The notes: a model not told the origin generated them from the sequence alone. DNA of 64,000 bases from Gemmatimonadota bacterium (GCA_020348925.1 CP070758.1:4587775-4651774); one strand, 5' to 3'; counted from the stretch's first letter, positions 1 through 11,138 are shown. Numbers and translations are program-made.

Positions 1-5
1 ATTTA

Positions 6-908
6 TTGCTTTTAACGCCAGTGACAGTGTGTCCGCAGGCAAAGGAATTTCCAAAACTCACTGGTTTTTATCTTGGCCAAACACCGCCGGGTAAAACCCC
101 GGTTGCGTTTCCGTTTGATTATATGCTGGAGGGGTATCGACTTCACAGTGCACCGGTCTTCACACCCGACGGCAGAGAGGTCTATTTCTCTGCAATGGAT
201 TTCAGTATTCGATACTCCGAAAAAATATTTGTCATGAAAATGATCGATAGTACCTGGACTCCTCCCCAGATCGCTTCGTTTTCAGGAGATTCTTTTGATG
301 GCTCACCTTCAATATCCAGAGATGGTAAATATTTGTTTTTCTCTTCGGCAAGGAAACTGGATGAAGACGGGATGAATGAAACCGGGCATAGAAATATCTG
401 GTATGTGACAAGAATGGGCCAAGAGTGGAGTTCACCAAAACCACTCAGTTATAGGACAACAGGATGGGAAAACGGGAGCGATCTTTCAGAACGGGGAAAT
501 CTTTTTTTCGACTCGTCCGACATTTATTCAATAAAATTTCCTCCGGATGAAAAATACACCGCTGAAAAATTAGGGAGTGCCATAAACTCCAGCGCAACCG
601 AACTACATCCATGTGTTGCATCGGATGAACGTTTCATTGTCTTTTATTCAAGCAGACCAGGTCATTTTGGAGAAAGAGGAGGTGATTTATACATCAGTTT
701 TCGAAATAACGACGGAACATGGAAACAGGCAATAAACATTGGGAAACAATTCAACAGGGGACATCTCTCGACCAGTTTTCCTCGCCTCTCGCCCGACGGG
801 AAATATTTTTTCTTTCTCAAGCTCATAGCTGTCCCCTGGCAGTGCGAGGTGTTCTGGGTCTCGGTGGATGCGCTCACTGATTTGGACAAACAGTCAGATA
901 GGAACTGA
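6..908 (+). CDS. PD40/WD40-like (TolB-type) beta-propeller protein; 5' end may lie outside the window
   Basis: Repeated PD40-like motifs PVFTPDGREVYFS, PSISRDGKYLFFSS, PCVASDERFIVFYS, PRLSPDGKYFFF; N-terminal YLGQTPPGKTP is typical of this family. Confidence 0.75.
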   Translation: MLLTPVTVCPQAKEFPKLTGFYLGQTPPGKTPVAFPFDYMLEGYRLHSAPVFTPDGREVYFSAMDFSIRYSEKIFVMKMIDSTWTPPQIASFSGDSFDGSPSISRDGKYLFFSSARKLDEDGMNETGHRNIWYVTRMGQEWSSPKPLSYRTTGWENGSDLSERGNLFFDSSDIYSIKFPPDEKYTAEKLGSAINSSATELHPCVASDERFIVFYSSRPGHFGERGGDLYISFRNNDGTWKQAINIGKQFNRGHLSTSFPRLSPDGKYFFFLKLIAVPWQCEVFWVSVDALTDLDKQSDRN

Positions 909-910
909 AC

Positions 911-1768
911 ATGAGATTCCTTATTCTACTATTACTTTTATGTAATGTTATTCTATGCGTCCCTTTCGAAATCAGAAGCCAAGAAAAACCGATCGATCCC
1001 GGAAGCATTTCGTTCACGATTCTTTACAATGATGTGCCCTTGAACGAATCGTTTATCGGCGATCAGGGTTTTTCATGTTTCATTGAGATCCCTGACCATG
1101 CCTTTTTGTTCGATGCGGGCAGAATCGCTGAGCATCTTGCTCGAAATACAGAGAAATCTGGGATAGATTGTTCCAAGATAGATTTTATTTTCATTTCTCA
1201 TCTTCATTCCGATCACATCGGAGGATTACCCGGTATTATTGAGAAATGTGACAGACCCCTATTATATCTTCCGTTTTCATTTCCCAAAACGCAAACTGCG
1301 AAAGGACGGACGTTTATTGTTGAAAGACTTGATAGAGTAAAACGGTATGTTTCTGATGTTGTCGAGATAAAGGAACCGGTCAAACTGAACGAGTATTTCT
1401 ATTCAACAGGAATGATTGAGGATCGAACATACGAGCAGGCGTTCATCATCACGACAACGAAAGGATTGATGATAGTAACAGGATGTTCCCATCCGGGAAT
1501 TGTAGAAATTGTTCGGCGTGCCAAAACATTCATGAAGAGAGAAGTATATTTTGTAATGGGTGGATTTCACCTCGCTGCTACAGATTCCGAAGAAGTAAAA
1601 AGTATTGCCACTGAATTAAGGGGATTAACAAAATTTATAGCTCCGTGTCACTGCACCGGTGAAGCAGCACAAGAAACATTCAGATCTGTTTTTAGGGAAG
1701 ATTACATCGAAATAAAAACGGGTCTCACGTTCAAAGTTGTCGCGAAGAACGAAAATGTAATTGATTAA
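911..1768 (+). CDS. MBL-fold metallo-hydrolase (COG1237-like) with signal peptide
   Basis: SHLHSDHIGG (HxHxDH), TGCSHPG, GGFHL, PCHCTG motifs; hydrophobic N-terminus. Confidence 0.85.
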   Translation: MRFLILLLLLCNVILCVPFEIRSQEKPIDPGSISFTILYNDVPLNESFIGDQGFSCFIEIPDHAFLFDAGRIAEHLARNTEKSGIDCSKIDFIFISHLHSDHIGGLPGIIEKCDRPLLYLPFSFPKTQTAKGRTFIVERLDRVKRYVSDVVEIKEPVKLNEYFYSTGMIEDRTYEQAFIITTTKGLMIVTGCSHPGIVEIVRRAKTFMKREVYFVMGGFHLAATDSEEVKSIATELRGLTKFIAPCHCTGEAAQETFRSVFREDYIEIKTGLTFKVVAKNENVID

Positions 1769-1907
1769 AAAGTATTACAAAATAAAAAATTACGGCGAAA
1801 AAGGAGATCTGAGGGTATTCTGGGTATCTGCAAAAATCATTGACGAAATTAGAACAAAAGAAAACAAGGGATAATTATCTTGCAGGAGTATCACAATGAA
1901 ATTTTCT

Positions 1908-2032
1908 GGTTCCACCAACATGTAGGCGGTCGTAACTTGAATACTTTTCAATGAAAAGTACTCTTGATCGCGACAGCCATAGAGATTTCTATTGATGGCT
2001 TTGGGTTCATTATTCATGCTTTCGAGAAAGGG
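1908..2032 (-). pseudogene. ISL3-family transposase C-terminal remnant with possible terminal end
   Basis: Translation LESMNNEPKAINRNLYGCRDQEYFSLKSIQ resembles the ISL3 C-terminal motif EGxNNKIKVIKRxAYGFRDxxYFxLKI; GGTTCC at 1908 resembles an ISL3 terminus. Confidence 0.55.
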
Positions 2033-2338
2033 TATATCATTTGTTCGCTTCAGCTTTGATGAAAATACTTTTTTCATTAACGATTATGAATCCGATCATT
2101 TTCACTCGTTCGAACGGAAATATCTGTATTTATTTTTTTCCGACATAGCACAACTCTCTTTTGATAAAATCTGATTTTATTAAAGATTTATTGAATACGA
2201 GGAGGCTTGGAGTTCACTTTCAAACCGAAAACTTAAGCACCGGCTCTTTATCGGAAGGACCGTATCAATAATTTTCAATTGGAATTGTATCACCTAATGA
2301 AAAGGATTCTGTATCGAAAATGACGACAGGAGAAAAGC

Positions 2339-4750
2339 ATGTTTAAAAATTACCTGAAAACGGCTTACCGGAATCTATTTAAGACCAAGATATTTTCTCT
2401 CATCAACATCCTTGGTCTGGCCATGGGCATGACCATCTGCCTCCTCATTTTGCATTACGTCAATTATGAGAAAAGCTACGATAGATTTCATCCTCATCAT
2501 GAGCGCATTTACCGTCTGAGATATGAACGTACCGACGAACAAGGTCAGAGTGTCCGTTTTGCCTCCTGCTGTCCGCCTGCAGCGCCCCGAATCCGCGACC
2601 GGTATCCGGAAGTGGAAAAGATCGGCCGCCTCTTACGTTATCGTGCCAGCGTGTCACACGGCGACACGAATTTTTTTGAGGAAAGAATGTATTTTGCGGA
2701 ACCCGATGTTTTCGAAATCCTGAAATTCAGCTTCATCGAGGGTGACCCAACGCAAAGCCTTCAAGATCCAAACAATGCCTTTGTCTCTCAGACGACGGCT
2801 AAAAAATATTTTGGAGACGAGTATCCCATAGGAAAAACGATCAGTGTCGACAAAAAGGAAGACTATCAAATTGTCGGTCTCTTCGAGGATATACCACACA
2901 ATTCACACCTGAAGTTCGATATTCTCCTTCCCTTCAAAAAACTGGAAACCCTTTTCGGTCCCGAGTATACCGAAGCCTGGGGACATACGGGTTCGTATAC
3001 GTATCTCAGAGTGAAGTCCGGCACCGATCCCTCTCTTTTTGAAAAAAAATTACTCGGTTTGGTGGAAGCCGAATGTCCCTGGCTGAAGGAGTACAAAATG
3101 ATTATGACGCTGCCGATGCAGCATCTCACGGATATTCATCTCACATCCCATTTCATGCAGGAATATGAGGCCAACGGCAATCGTGAGTCAGTCAATTTCT
3201 TAATGCTCGTTGCTCTATTCATTATCGTCATGGCCTGGGTAAATTATATGAACCTCTCAACCGCACGGGCATTGAACCGTGCAAAAGAGGTTGGTTTGCG
3301 AAAAGTCGTGGGAGCCAACCGGCGGCAGTTGATGATCCAATTCTTCATGGAAACAACGCTTATCAATATGGTGGCCCTGATTATGGCCCTGGTGTTGGTC
3401 ACATTGTCCATATCCTTCTTCAGTCACCTCACCAGTATTCCCGTCTCCTTTCGTATCTGGACCCAGAGCTGGTTTTTTCCAGCATTGCTTCTGATGTTCG
3501 TCGTCGGGATATTTTTATCCGGTATCTATCCTGTTGCAGCGATGTCCTCCTTCGAACCGATACGCGTCTTGAAAGGAAAAATCGGAAACGCAACCAAAGG
3601 ATTGAGTTTGCGGAAGGGTTTGGTCGTGTTTCAGTTTGTCATGGCCCTGATTTTGATTACGGGCACACTCACTGTGTATCGTCAAATTTCGTTCATGAGA
3701 AGCCAGGATCTGGGATTTTCAATGGATCAAACCCTAGTGGTAAAAGCTCCCAGGGTCAGAAACGATTCCTATGCCGAGACGTTTCTTTCATTCAAAGAGA
3801 CATTGCTGCAAAATACACGTCTATCCAAAATCAGTCATGTGACTGAGGTCCCGGGAAGGCAGATCTATTGGGATGCCGGTGGAATTCATCGAGCAGGTAC
3901 GGACATCAGTCAGAGTAAGAACTACCAGATCGTCGGCGTGGATTATGACTTTGCAGATGTATTCGATCTCCAATTCAGCAGCGGAAGAAACTTCTCAAAA
4001 GAATTTTCCACTGATTCCGATGCACTCATTCTCAACGAAACGGCTGTGAAATGGATGGGGTTTGAAAATGCGGAAAGTGCTTTAGGGCAGCAGGTCGATT
4101 ACTGGGGGGATATCTACACAATTATAGGCGTACTGAAAGATTACCATCAACAATCCCCAAAGGAAGCCTTCGAACCGACCATTTTCCGGTTTATGCCGAC
4201 CGGCAGAGACGTTCGAGGGCTCTTTGCCATAAAACTGAAAACGCAAAACATGAGGGAAATCATACGCCTCGTCCAGTCACAATACGATGCCTTCTTCCCA
4301 GGCAATCCGTTTGACTATTTTTTCCTGGACGAGTATTATGATCAGCAATATCATTCAGATGAATTATTTGGACAAGTATTCACTCTGTTTTCTTTCTTGG
4401 CGGTATTTATTACGGCTCTGGGAATATTCGGATTATCCTCTTTCAGTGTTGCCCAAAGGACAAAAGAGGTGGGAATCCGAAAAGTGGTGGGAGCCAGTGT
4501 TCTTCGAATATTTTTGTTGCTAACGAGAGATTACCTTCTTTTATTGAGTCTATCATTTCTGATCTCGTTTCCGATAGTATTCTTTGGATTAAGATACTGG
4601 CTTCATGGATTTGCATTTCGAATGAGTCTCAACGGCTGGCTCTTTCTTAGTCCATTCCTTCTTACCGCCTGTATCACTCTCTTCACAGTAAGTTACCAGT
4701 CAATATATGCAGCCTTAGCGAATCCTGTGGAGAGCCTAAAATATGAATAG
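2339..4750 (+). CDS. ABC transporter permease, duplicated MacB_PCD/FtsX type (~800 aa)
   Basis: MFKNYLKTAYRNL start, NYMNLSTARALNRAKEVGLRKVVGA, RTKEVGIRKVVGA, C-terminal NPVESLKYE; RBS AGGAG. Confidence 0.92.
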   Translation: MFKNYLKTAYRNLFKTKIFSLINILGLAMGMTICLLILHYVNYEKSYDRFHPHHERIYRLRYERTDEQGQSVRFASCCPPAAPRIRDRYPEVEKIGRLLRYRASVSHGDTNFFEERMYFAEPDVFEILKFSFIEGDPTQSLQDPNNAFVSQTTAKKYFGDEYPIGKTISVDKKEDYQIVGLFEDIPHNSHLKFDILLPFKKLETLFGPEYTEAWGHTGSYTYLRVKSGTDPSLFEKKLLGLVEAECPWLKEYKMIMTLPMQHLTDIHLTSHFMQEYEANGNRESVNFLMLVALFIIVMAWVNYMNLSTARALNRAKEVGLRKVVGANRRQLMIQFFMETTLINMVALIMALVLVTLSISFFSHLTSIPVSFRIWTQSWFFPALLLMFVVGIFLSGIYPVAAMSSFEPIRVLKGKIGNATKGLSLRKGLVVFQFVMALILITGTLTVYRQISFMRSQDLGFSMDQTLVVKAPRVRNDSYAETFLSFKETLLQNTRLSKISHVTEVPGRQIYWDAGGIHRAGTDISQSKNYQIVGVDYDFADVFDLQFSSGRNFSKEFSTDSDALILNETAVKWMGFENAESALGQQVDYWGDIYTIIGVLKDYHQQSPKEAFEPTIFRFMPTGRDVRGLFAIKLKTQNMREIIRLVQSQYDAFFPGNPFDYFFLDEYYDQQYHSDELFGQVFTLFSFLAVFITALGIFGLSSFSVAQRTKEVGIRKVVGASVLRIFLLLTRDYLLLLSLSFLISFPIVFFGLRYWLHGFAFRMSLNGWLFLSPFLLTACITLFTVSYQSIYAALANPVESLKYE

Positions 4751-4819
4751 CACAAGAGACGAATGATGTCGCATAAATTTTCACCGATGTTGTTGTGAAC
4801 TTTAAGGAGTGGCGAGAGC

Positions 4820-7219
4820 ATGTTAAAAAATTACTTTACGGTTGCGTTTAGAAACATGAAAAGGCACAAGGGTTATTCCTTCATCAATATTGCCGGCCTT
4901 TCCATAGGAATCGCCTGCTGTGTTTTCATTTTGCTCTTTGTTCGATTGGAATTGAGTTATGATAGCTATCATCCTGATGTTGATCGCATCTTCAGGGTCG
5001 GTCTCATGAAAGAGACTGAGAAGGGTAGAACAGCAGAGGAATCGAACTTGATCCCCATGGGCCCTGCCTTAAAGGAAAACTATCCTCAGGTAGAATACGC
5101 CGGGCGTGTGTGTATCGCTTTCAGTCAACCGACCGTCCAATACCAAAACAAAATATTTAAAGAAAAGAGCATATTTAAAGCGGATTCCGAACTCTTCAGT
5201 ATTTTTCATATCCCTTTTCTCCAGGGGGATCCACGTACCGCCCTCGACCACATCAATACCGCAGTCCTTACCGAGTCTTTTGCGAAAAAGTACTTCGGTC
5301 AGGAAGATCCCATGGGGAAAATGATCCGGATCAATTCAAGCGATTTTATGGTCACAGGAATTGCCGAAAATCCTCCGCACAACACTCATCTGCAGTTAGA
5401 CCTTTTCCTATCATATACGATCGCTGATGAGCCTGAGTGGATGAGCGGCTGGCATGCTTTGGCTACGCCGGCTTTCACTTACATCAAGGTGAAGCCTGGA
5501 ATTCATCCTGATGAATTTGAGGATCTGATACGCCATGTACCGCAGACCTATATCGGGGAACAGCTGGAAGAGATGGGAGCCGAATATACGAATTTCCTCC
5601 AGCCGGTCAGAGATATTCACCTCTATTCTCTTTCTGCGCAAGGAAAGAGACCGGCTCGCAGCCTCATATATACATATATCTTCTCCGTAGTGGGTGTGCT
5701 TATACTTCTGATCGCCGGTATGAATTTCATGAATCTCTCGACCGCGCGGTCCGCCAACCGCTCATCTGAAGTGGGGATCCGTAAAGTTGTGGGCGCACAT
5801 CGAGGTCAGCTTGTCGGTCAATTTCTCGGGGAATCCCTTGTTACATCATTCACGTCGCTCGCGATAGCCGTCACGGGTGTGGGTCTGTTGTTACCCTTTT
5901 TTAACAATTTCGCAGGGACACAGTTTACCTCCTCCGCACTTTTAGAACCAATGATCATAACTATCCTCCTCTTCTTAGCTCTGTTTATAGGAATTGTAGC
6001 TGGCATATACCCTGCATTCTTTCTGTCGGCATTTCGACCGATATCGATTCTTCAAGGCTCTCTGAGAGCCGGCTCTCGAGCTTTGATGATGCGGAAAATC
6101 CTGGTAGTCGGCCAGTTTGCCATATCGATCATACTCATCATCGCTACGCTTATTGTTTACCACCAGCTTGACTATATGAAAAATCAGCCCCTCGGCTTTG
6201 AGAAGGAACGAAAGCTTGTACTTCCTCTCAGTAGCTGGGATATTATTGAAGACAACTACGATCACGTCAAAGACCAGTTTCTGCAACATCCTTCCATAAC
6301 TGCCGCCACGGCCACATCCGGCGTTCCGGGTAAAAGTATCAACCGTCTCTGGATGTATCCTTCCGAAGAAGAATCTGAAAATGGACAAACTCCGATGATT
6401 CTTCGCTGCGATCAAGATTTCATCTCTGTCTACGGTATCGAAATGGTAGCCGGGAGACCGTTTCGCAAGGAGATGGAGACAGATAGACTCAGCGGAAACT
6501 TCATCATAAATGAGGCGGCCGTCACCTCCTTTGGCTGGAACTCGCCTGAAGAAGCGGTTGACAGACAAATTATGGTCGGCAGTCGGCGCACTCCCTTTCA
6601 AGTTCTTGGGGTTGTGAAAAATTTCCACTGGTACGGCTTGCAGAACGCTATCGAGCCTGTGGTTCTTCGGTTCGTGTCTATGTTTCGGTACATCACGCTC
6701 AACGTCAATACTGACAATCTTCCGGAGACACTCGCGTTTATTGAAAAGAAATATGGGGAACTGTTCCCGAATCAAGTCTTTGAATATTTCTTTGTCGATA
6801 GGGATTTTGACAAGCAGTACAGCTTTGAAGAGCGTCTGGGTCGAATTTTTCGCCTATTTAGTTTCCTGGGAATTTTCATTGCCTGCCTGGGCCTTTTTGG
6901 AATGACAGCCTTCATAGCGCAGCAGCGGAAAAAAGAGATCGGTATTCGTAAGGTGTTTGGGGCTCAGGTTCCGGGGATACTCCTCCTGTTAGGCACAGAA
7001 TTCTTGAAATGGGTATGCGTTGCCAATATCATAGCCTGGCCATTCGCCTATTACGCCGGACAAAAATGGCTCAACAATTTTGCATACCGTATCTCTCTAA
7101 GCGTGTCGACCTTCATCTCAGCAGGGGTACTCGCGATATGTATTGCTCTGTTGACTGTAAGCTATCAATCGATAAAAAGTGCTCTGGCCAATCCCGTAGA
7201 GAGTTTGAGGTATGAATAA
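4820..7219 (+). CDS. ABC transporter permease, duplicated MacB_PCD/FtsX type (paralog)
   Basis: Same architecture: NFMNLSTARSANRSSEVGIRKVVGA, KKEIGIRKVFGA, NPVESLRYE; RBS AAGGAG. Confidence 0.92.
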   Translation: MLKNYFTVAFRNMKRHKGYSFINIAGLSIGIACCVFILLFVRLELSYDSYHPDVDRIFRVGLMKETEKGRTAEESNLIPMGPALKENYPQVEYAGRVCIAFSQPTVQYQNKIFKEKSIFKADSELFSIFHIPFLQGDPRTALDHINTAVLTESFAKKYFGQEDPMGKMIRINSSDFMVTGIAENPPHNTHLQLDLFLSYTIADEPEWMSGWHALATPAFTYIKVKPGIHPDEFEDLIRHVPQTYIGEQLEEMGAEYTNFLQPVRDIHLYSLSAQGKRPARSLIYTYIFSVVGVLILLIAGMNFMNLSTARSANRSSEVGIRKVVGAHRGQLVGQFLGESLVTSFTSLAIAVTGVGLLLPFFNNFAGTQFTSSALLEPMIITILLFLALFIGIVAGIYPAFFLSAFRPISILQGSLRAGSRALMMRKILVVGQFAISIILIIATLIVYHQLDYMKNQPLGFEKERKLVLPLSSWDIIEDNYDHVKDQFLQHPSITAATATSGVPGKSINRLWMYPSEEESENGQTPMILRCDQDFISVYGIEMVAGRPFRKEMETDRLSGNFIINEAAVTSFGWNSPEEAVDRQIMVGSRRTPFQVLGVVKNFHWYGLQNAIEPVVLRFVSMFRYITLNVNTDNLPETLAFIEKKYGELFPNQVFEYFFVDRDFDKQYSFEERLGRIFRLFSFLGIFIACLGLFGMTAFIAQQRKKEIGIRKVFGAQVPGILLLLGTEFLKWVCVANIIAWPFAYYAGQKWLNNFAYRISLSVSTFISAGVLAICIALLTVSYQSIKSALANPVESLRYE

Positions 7220-7316
7220 AAATTGCCGTGAGGCTGTTGTGAAAAAAGCTCTATCTTCTTACAGAACAATCAAACTCAGGGCAAATATATTAGAAAAGAA
7301 TCAAATATAAAAGGAG

Positions 7317-7601
7317 ATGAAAATGAGAGAGGTTGTCATCCAAATTCCAACCTACGAGATTGAGCAGAACATCGAGATTGATGTCAGTATCAACGGCAAA
7401 AAGAGAGCCATGAAGTACCGCGTTGAGATCATAGAATGGGACAATTACAAGGAAGAGGTTCAGGACAAAGTCTCCATCCTGCGACGGGTTATTAAAGAGC
7501 ACGATAAAGATTGGGAATTGATCCAGATTGGCGCTCCCTCCGAGAACGACATTCCAATCATGTTCCGGAAAAGAAGTGCAGTCATCGAGGACGCGTGGTA
7601 G
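7317..7601 (+). CDS. small hypothetical protein
   Basis: AAGGAG RBS (suits ATG at 7323); protein-like composition; followed by hairpins. Confidence 0.7.
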   Translation: MKMREVVIQIPTYEIEQNIEIDVSINGKKRAMKYRVEIIEWDNYKEEVQDKVSILRRVIKEHDKDWELIQIGAPSENDIPIMFRKRSAVIEDAW

Positions 7602-7702
7602 GAACGACATCAGCGATCCAAAGTTGATCCCTGAACTCAATCACATAACTATCTCGGATCATAACCGACCTTGTTCCCTTTCATCTACAGAATGATTCCA
7701 GC

Positions 7703-7790
7703 CCTGCCTATCATGTTGAGGTAGCGATAGGCAGGTTTCCATACCTGCCGCTTTTACCAACCCTTGAGCCGGCGGGAATGAATCCCGCCC
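7703..7790. terminator. GC-rich hairpins/REP-like palindromes between convergent genes
   Basis: CCTGCCTATC..GATAGGCAGG (7703-7735), alternative GGCAGGT..ACCTGCC (7730-7749), GGCGGGA-ATGAA-TCCCGCC (7771-7789). Confidence 0.5.
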
Positions 7791-7848
7791 TAACCAATCT
7801 TCGTGATTTAGAACAGGTATCTATATCCGCCGTTCTTATTTTCAGAAT

Positions 7849-9609
7849 TTATTCACGCACCATATCCATAATCTCAGCCCCCAGGTCCATGGCAACCGGC
7901 GGATCGTAATTTGAGAGAACAATGACCGTATACCTGGTGTCGAAGTTCATCTCAATAACACCATTGATCCCCGGGGCACCTCCGGCGAATCCCACTCCTC
8001 CCGACCGCGGACCAGGCTCCGCTTCGTTATTGAAATTATTGAAAAGCATATTAGTATACTTGTTCCTGAGCAACCGATCACTGCGGAGGGCAATGTCGAA
8101 TAGCAGCAAATCCTCTGCCGTCGAATAGCCTCCACCGGCGGACGTCCCCTTGACAGAATGCATGAAGATGTTCTCCCGCTGATACCCTTCCTCAGGTCCG
8201 TAAGGGCTCATGTTCGTGTACCCGATGGCGAGATTCTCAACCGGATCATCCATTTCATAGGAATCGGTGTCCTTCATACCAATCGGTTCAAAAATGTGGT
8301 CCCGCACATAATCATAATAATTCTGCCTTGAAACCTTTTCAATAATTGCTCCGAGGACCACATAACCCGTGTTACTGTATTGCTCACCTGTTCCCGGCTC
8401 GAAATCGAGGGGTGTGTTCTCGATGAATTCCATGTAATCATCAATGGTCCTCAGATCTTTCCAGGTCGCCAGATACGTTTCGTCCTCCCAGTAATGTCCC
8501 CACCCGGATCGATGCTGGAGCAAATGCCGAATCGTGACTTTATCGGCCACTTCCTCGGGGAAATCAGAAAGATATTCACCAATAGAATCGTCCAAAGCGA
8601 GTTTTCCCATTTCAAGTAACTGCAGGATGGCGACGCTCGTGAACAACTTGTTTATCGAACCGATGTTGAATTTGGTGTCTTTTCTGTTCGGCACCTTGAA
8701 TCGCTTGCTGGCAAAGCCGTAAGCTTTATGAAACGTGGGAGTACCATCTTTGGCAATGAGTACCACACCTGAGAATTTATCCTCTGCCGTCTGTTTCTCA
8801 AGAAAAATATCCAGCTCATCAGTACTGGAGAACTGTACATGCTTTTTCGGTATGATGAAGATTTCATCATCCACAGGCTCATTGAACGTTACCGCGGTTG
8901 TTTTGATATCAAATCGTTGCGATCCCTGCTGACTGTGAATGAGAAAGGGAATCATTATGCCATCGACTTCTCGGTAATCATCGTACACGTCTTCAACCTG
9001 AATTTCGCCCTGAGGTGTGTAAGCAGTCCGAATCTGCTTCTTCATCAGGTATGACTTCGAATCAAGATAGACAAATTGTTCAGCCCCGCTGGCCAGCCTC
9101 ACTTTAAGCTCATAGGTTTCTGTATCCTCGATATCCTCCATCCCCACAATTTCAACACTGTGACCTTTTCGTTCATAATCGACCAAAATACCATCAAAAT
9201 CGGCCACCGATTCCCGTTGATGGTCGGCGGCAAAATCGGGACGCTGCCTCGGGTTTCGCTGCCCCATTTGGATCCAGGCGTTCCTCTCATTCACAGCCCT
9301 GACCATAATGTCTCCATGCGGCATAATCTGCTCCGAACGATAAAGCTGAGGTCTTTTTTTGTAAATAGTAATGGGTATCTCTTGCGGTCCCATGGAGACA
9401 CGCTGCTCGATTCTTTGAGTCTGAATCGCTTTGAGGGTTTCATATCCTCCTAAAGCCTCAATATGCTTCTCAATAATCTCATCGACAGATTGGTTTACCG
9501 ATGTCTGCGCTTGTACGTTTGAAGAAATGAGGCTTAGGACAACCGGATAAAAAAATATAGAGAAAGAACCACAAATGAATATTGAAAAAAATCTCTTGAA
9601 CAACTCCAT
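7849..9609 (-). CDS. secreted serine hydrolase (beta-lactamase/PBP-like) with N-terminal LolA-like domain
   Basis: SxxK (GSINK), LLQHRSG, YSN; N-terminal IIEKHIEALGG...DYREVDGIMIPF domain; start moved to ATG 9609 after AAGGAG RBS, giving a signal peptide. Confidence 0.85.
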   Translation of the reverse strand: MELFKRFFSIFICGSFSIFFYPVVLSLISSNVQAQTSVNQSVDEIIEKHIEALGGYETLKAIQTQRIEQRVSMGPQEIPITIYKKRPQLYRSEQIMPHGDIMVRAVNERNAWIQMGQRNPRQRPDFAADHQRESVADFDGILVDYERKGHSVEIVGMEDIEDTETYELKVRLASGAEQFVYLDSKSYLMKKQIRTAYTPQGEIQVEDVYDDYREVDGIMIPFLIHSQQGSQRFDIKTTAVTFNEPVDDEIFIIPKKHVQFSSTDELDIFLEKQTAEDKFSGVVLIAKDGTPTFHKAYGFASKRFKVPNRKDTKFNIGSINKLFTSVAILQLLEMGKLALDDSIGEYLSDFPEEVADKVTIRHLLQHRSGWGHYWEDETYLATWKDLRTIDDYMEFIENTPLDFEPGTGEQYSNTGYVVLGAIIEKVSRQNYYDYVRDHIFEPIGMKDTDSYEMDDPVENLAIGYTNMSPYGPEEGYQRENIFMHSVKGTSAGGGYSTAEDLLLFDIALRSDRLLRNKYTNMLFNNFNNEAEPGPRSGGVGFAGGAPGINGVIEMNFDTRYTVIVLSNYDPPVAMDLGAEIMDMVRE

Positions 9610-9834
9610 TGTTTCTCCTTCTTCCGTATATATTTCATCATGAAAAGCAAACCTTCCGTGTTCCCAGTCTCGGGTTTTAAACATAGAACGAACCAAGGAT
9701 ATTGAAGTTCCGGTGAGTCTGCAATGTTGATCATTCAAATCTCATACAAAGAAACTGAGAAATTGGACATTTATGAGTGAAGGAACGGTCAATTTGACGT
9801 GCTAAGGTTTTAAGAATATAAGTTTTTAAAAACG

Positions 9835-11138
9835 TCACACCTGCTGTGACCAGCAGAAGGCGCGGACGCCGATGAAGAAGCAGAAAATACCCACAGCCAC
9901 CAGTATGCCGCAGGGCAGGATCATCTCCGCCAGGGAAAAATGGCGCCAGATCGCGCCTTCCATGGCCAGTATGGCCCATTTGACAGGGCTGAAATGGCCT
10001 ACGGTCCGCATCCACGAAGGCATAAAGAAAAGCGGTACCATACCGCCGCCCAGCATGGCCATGATAAGCAGCACGGCCCAGGAGATACCTCCAGCAGCCT
10101 GTTCCGTCCTCCCGAGGACGGACAAAAACATCATGATCCCCACAAATGCAAAGGAGCTTGACACAACGGCCAGAAATAAAATCGCAAAAGAGTCGGGTCG
10201 TATACCGAAGACAGCTATGCCGAAAACAAAGAGACCTATCGAGACTGTAAGTGTCGTAGTGAAACAGGCCAATGCCTTTCCTGCAAGAATATGGGCTCGG
10301 TCGATGGGGGCCATCTGAAGTCGGACCAATGTACCTCTGGCACGTTCAGTCACCAAAGAAAGCCCGAAGGCGGCCGTGACACCGATGAGCCCCCAGATGA
10401 TACCCTGGGAAAAGAGATTTCGTACGAGCTTGAGGGTCCCTCCCTGATGACGGCGACATCAGTCTGTTCGATGGCGATCGGTTCCAACCCCCGGAAGCCA
10501 CCCTCCTCACTCACACCCTCGCCCCCACCCATCCCGTTCTCGTCACCTTCAATCAAATTCTCCCAGGCACCGAATATCTGTTCGAGATTTTCCCTGACAC
10601 TGGGGGACATGTCAGACGATTCATTCAGTGACGTCCTGGCCCTCTCAATATTATCGCACTGAGCAGCGGAATTGGAGAATATGCGCTGCATCCGCTCGGC
10701 GCCATACTTCATAAGAATCCCCTGCAGCATGGCCGCCTCGGCTTGGCGGGCAGGATCAACGCCCAGCTCGACTGTCGGGGGATCACCCCAGAACACCCGC
10801 TCGTAGGCCTCACCGAAGCCTTTTTTCAGCACGACAAAAGCAACGCGCTTGCCGCGACGGACGAGCTCTGCGGCTTACTCGCGGTTCGCCTCTTCGATGT
10901 GGACTTCGGATGCCGCATCAAGGGCAGCAACGAACATCCGTGATCCCTCGGTATTATCCTCGTCCACGACCAATATGGGAATGGCGCTGCGAGTACCACC
11001 CCCTCCCCCACCGAAGATGGCACCGAAAAAGACGGCGATGATGAGGGGGAAAAAGAGCGTGAAGAAGAAGCCGGCTTTATCCCTCAAGAGCAGCCGGAGA
11101 TCCTTCACGGCCATGGCGATAATTTCTCTCATGCTCAA
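9835..11138 (-). pseudogene. ABC-2 type transporter permease, disrupted
   Basis: In-frame TAA at 10875-10877 (NRE*AAELVRRG) and a 1-nt deletion near 10407-10409 (FP/QGIIWGLIG) split one permease into three ORFs; ERARGTLVRLQMAP motif. Confidence 0.85.

Noticed and set aside
5975-6775. Long antisense or alternate-frame ORFs (also 24355-25170, 46009-46869, 20591-21241, 18451-19059)
   Set aside because: Shadows of well-supported genes, with no motifs of their own
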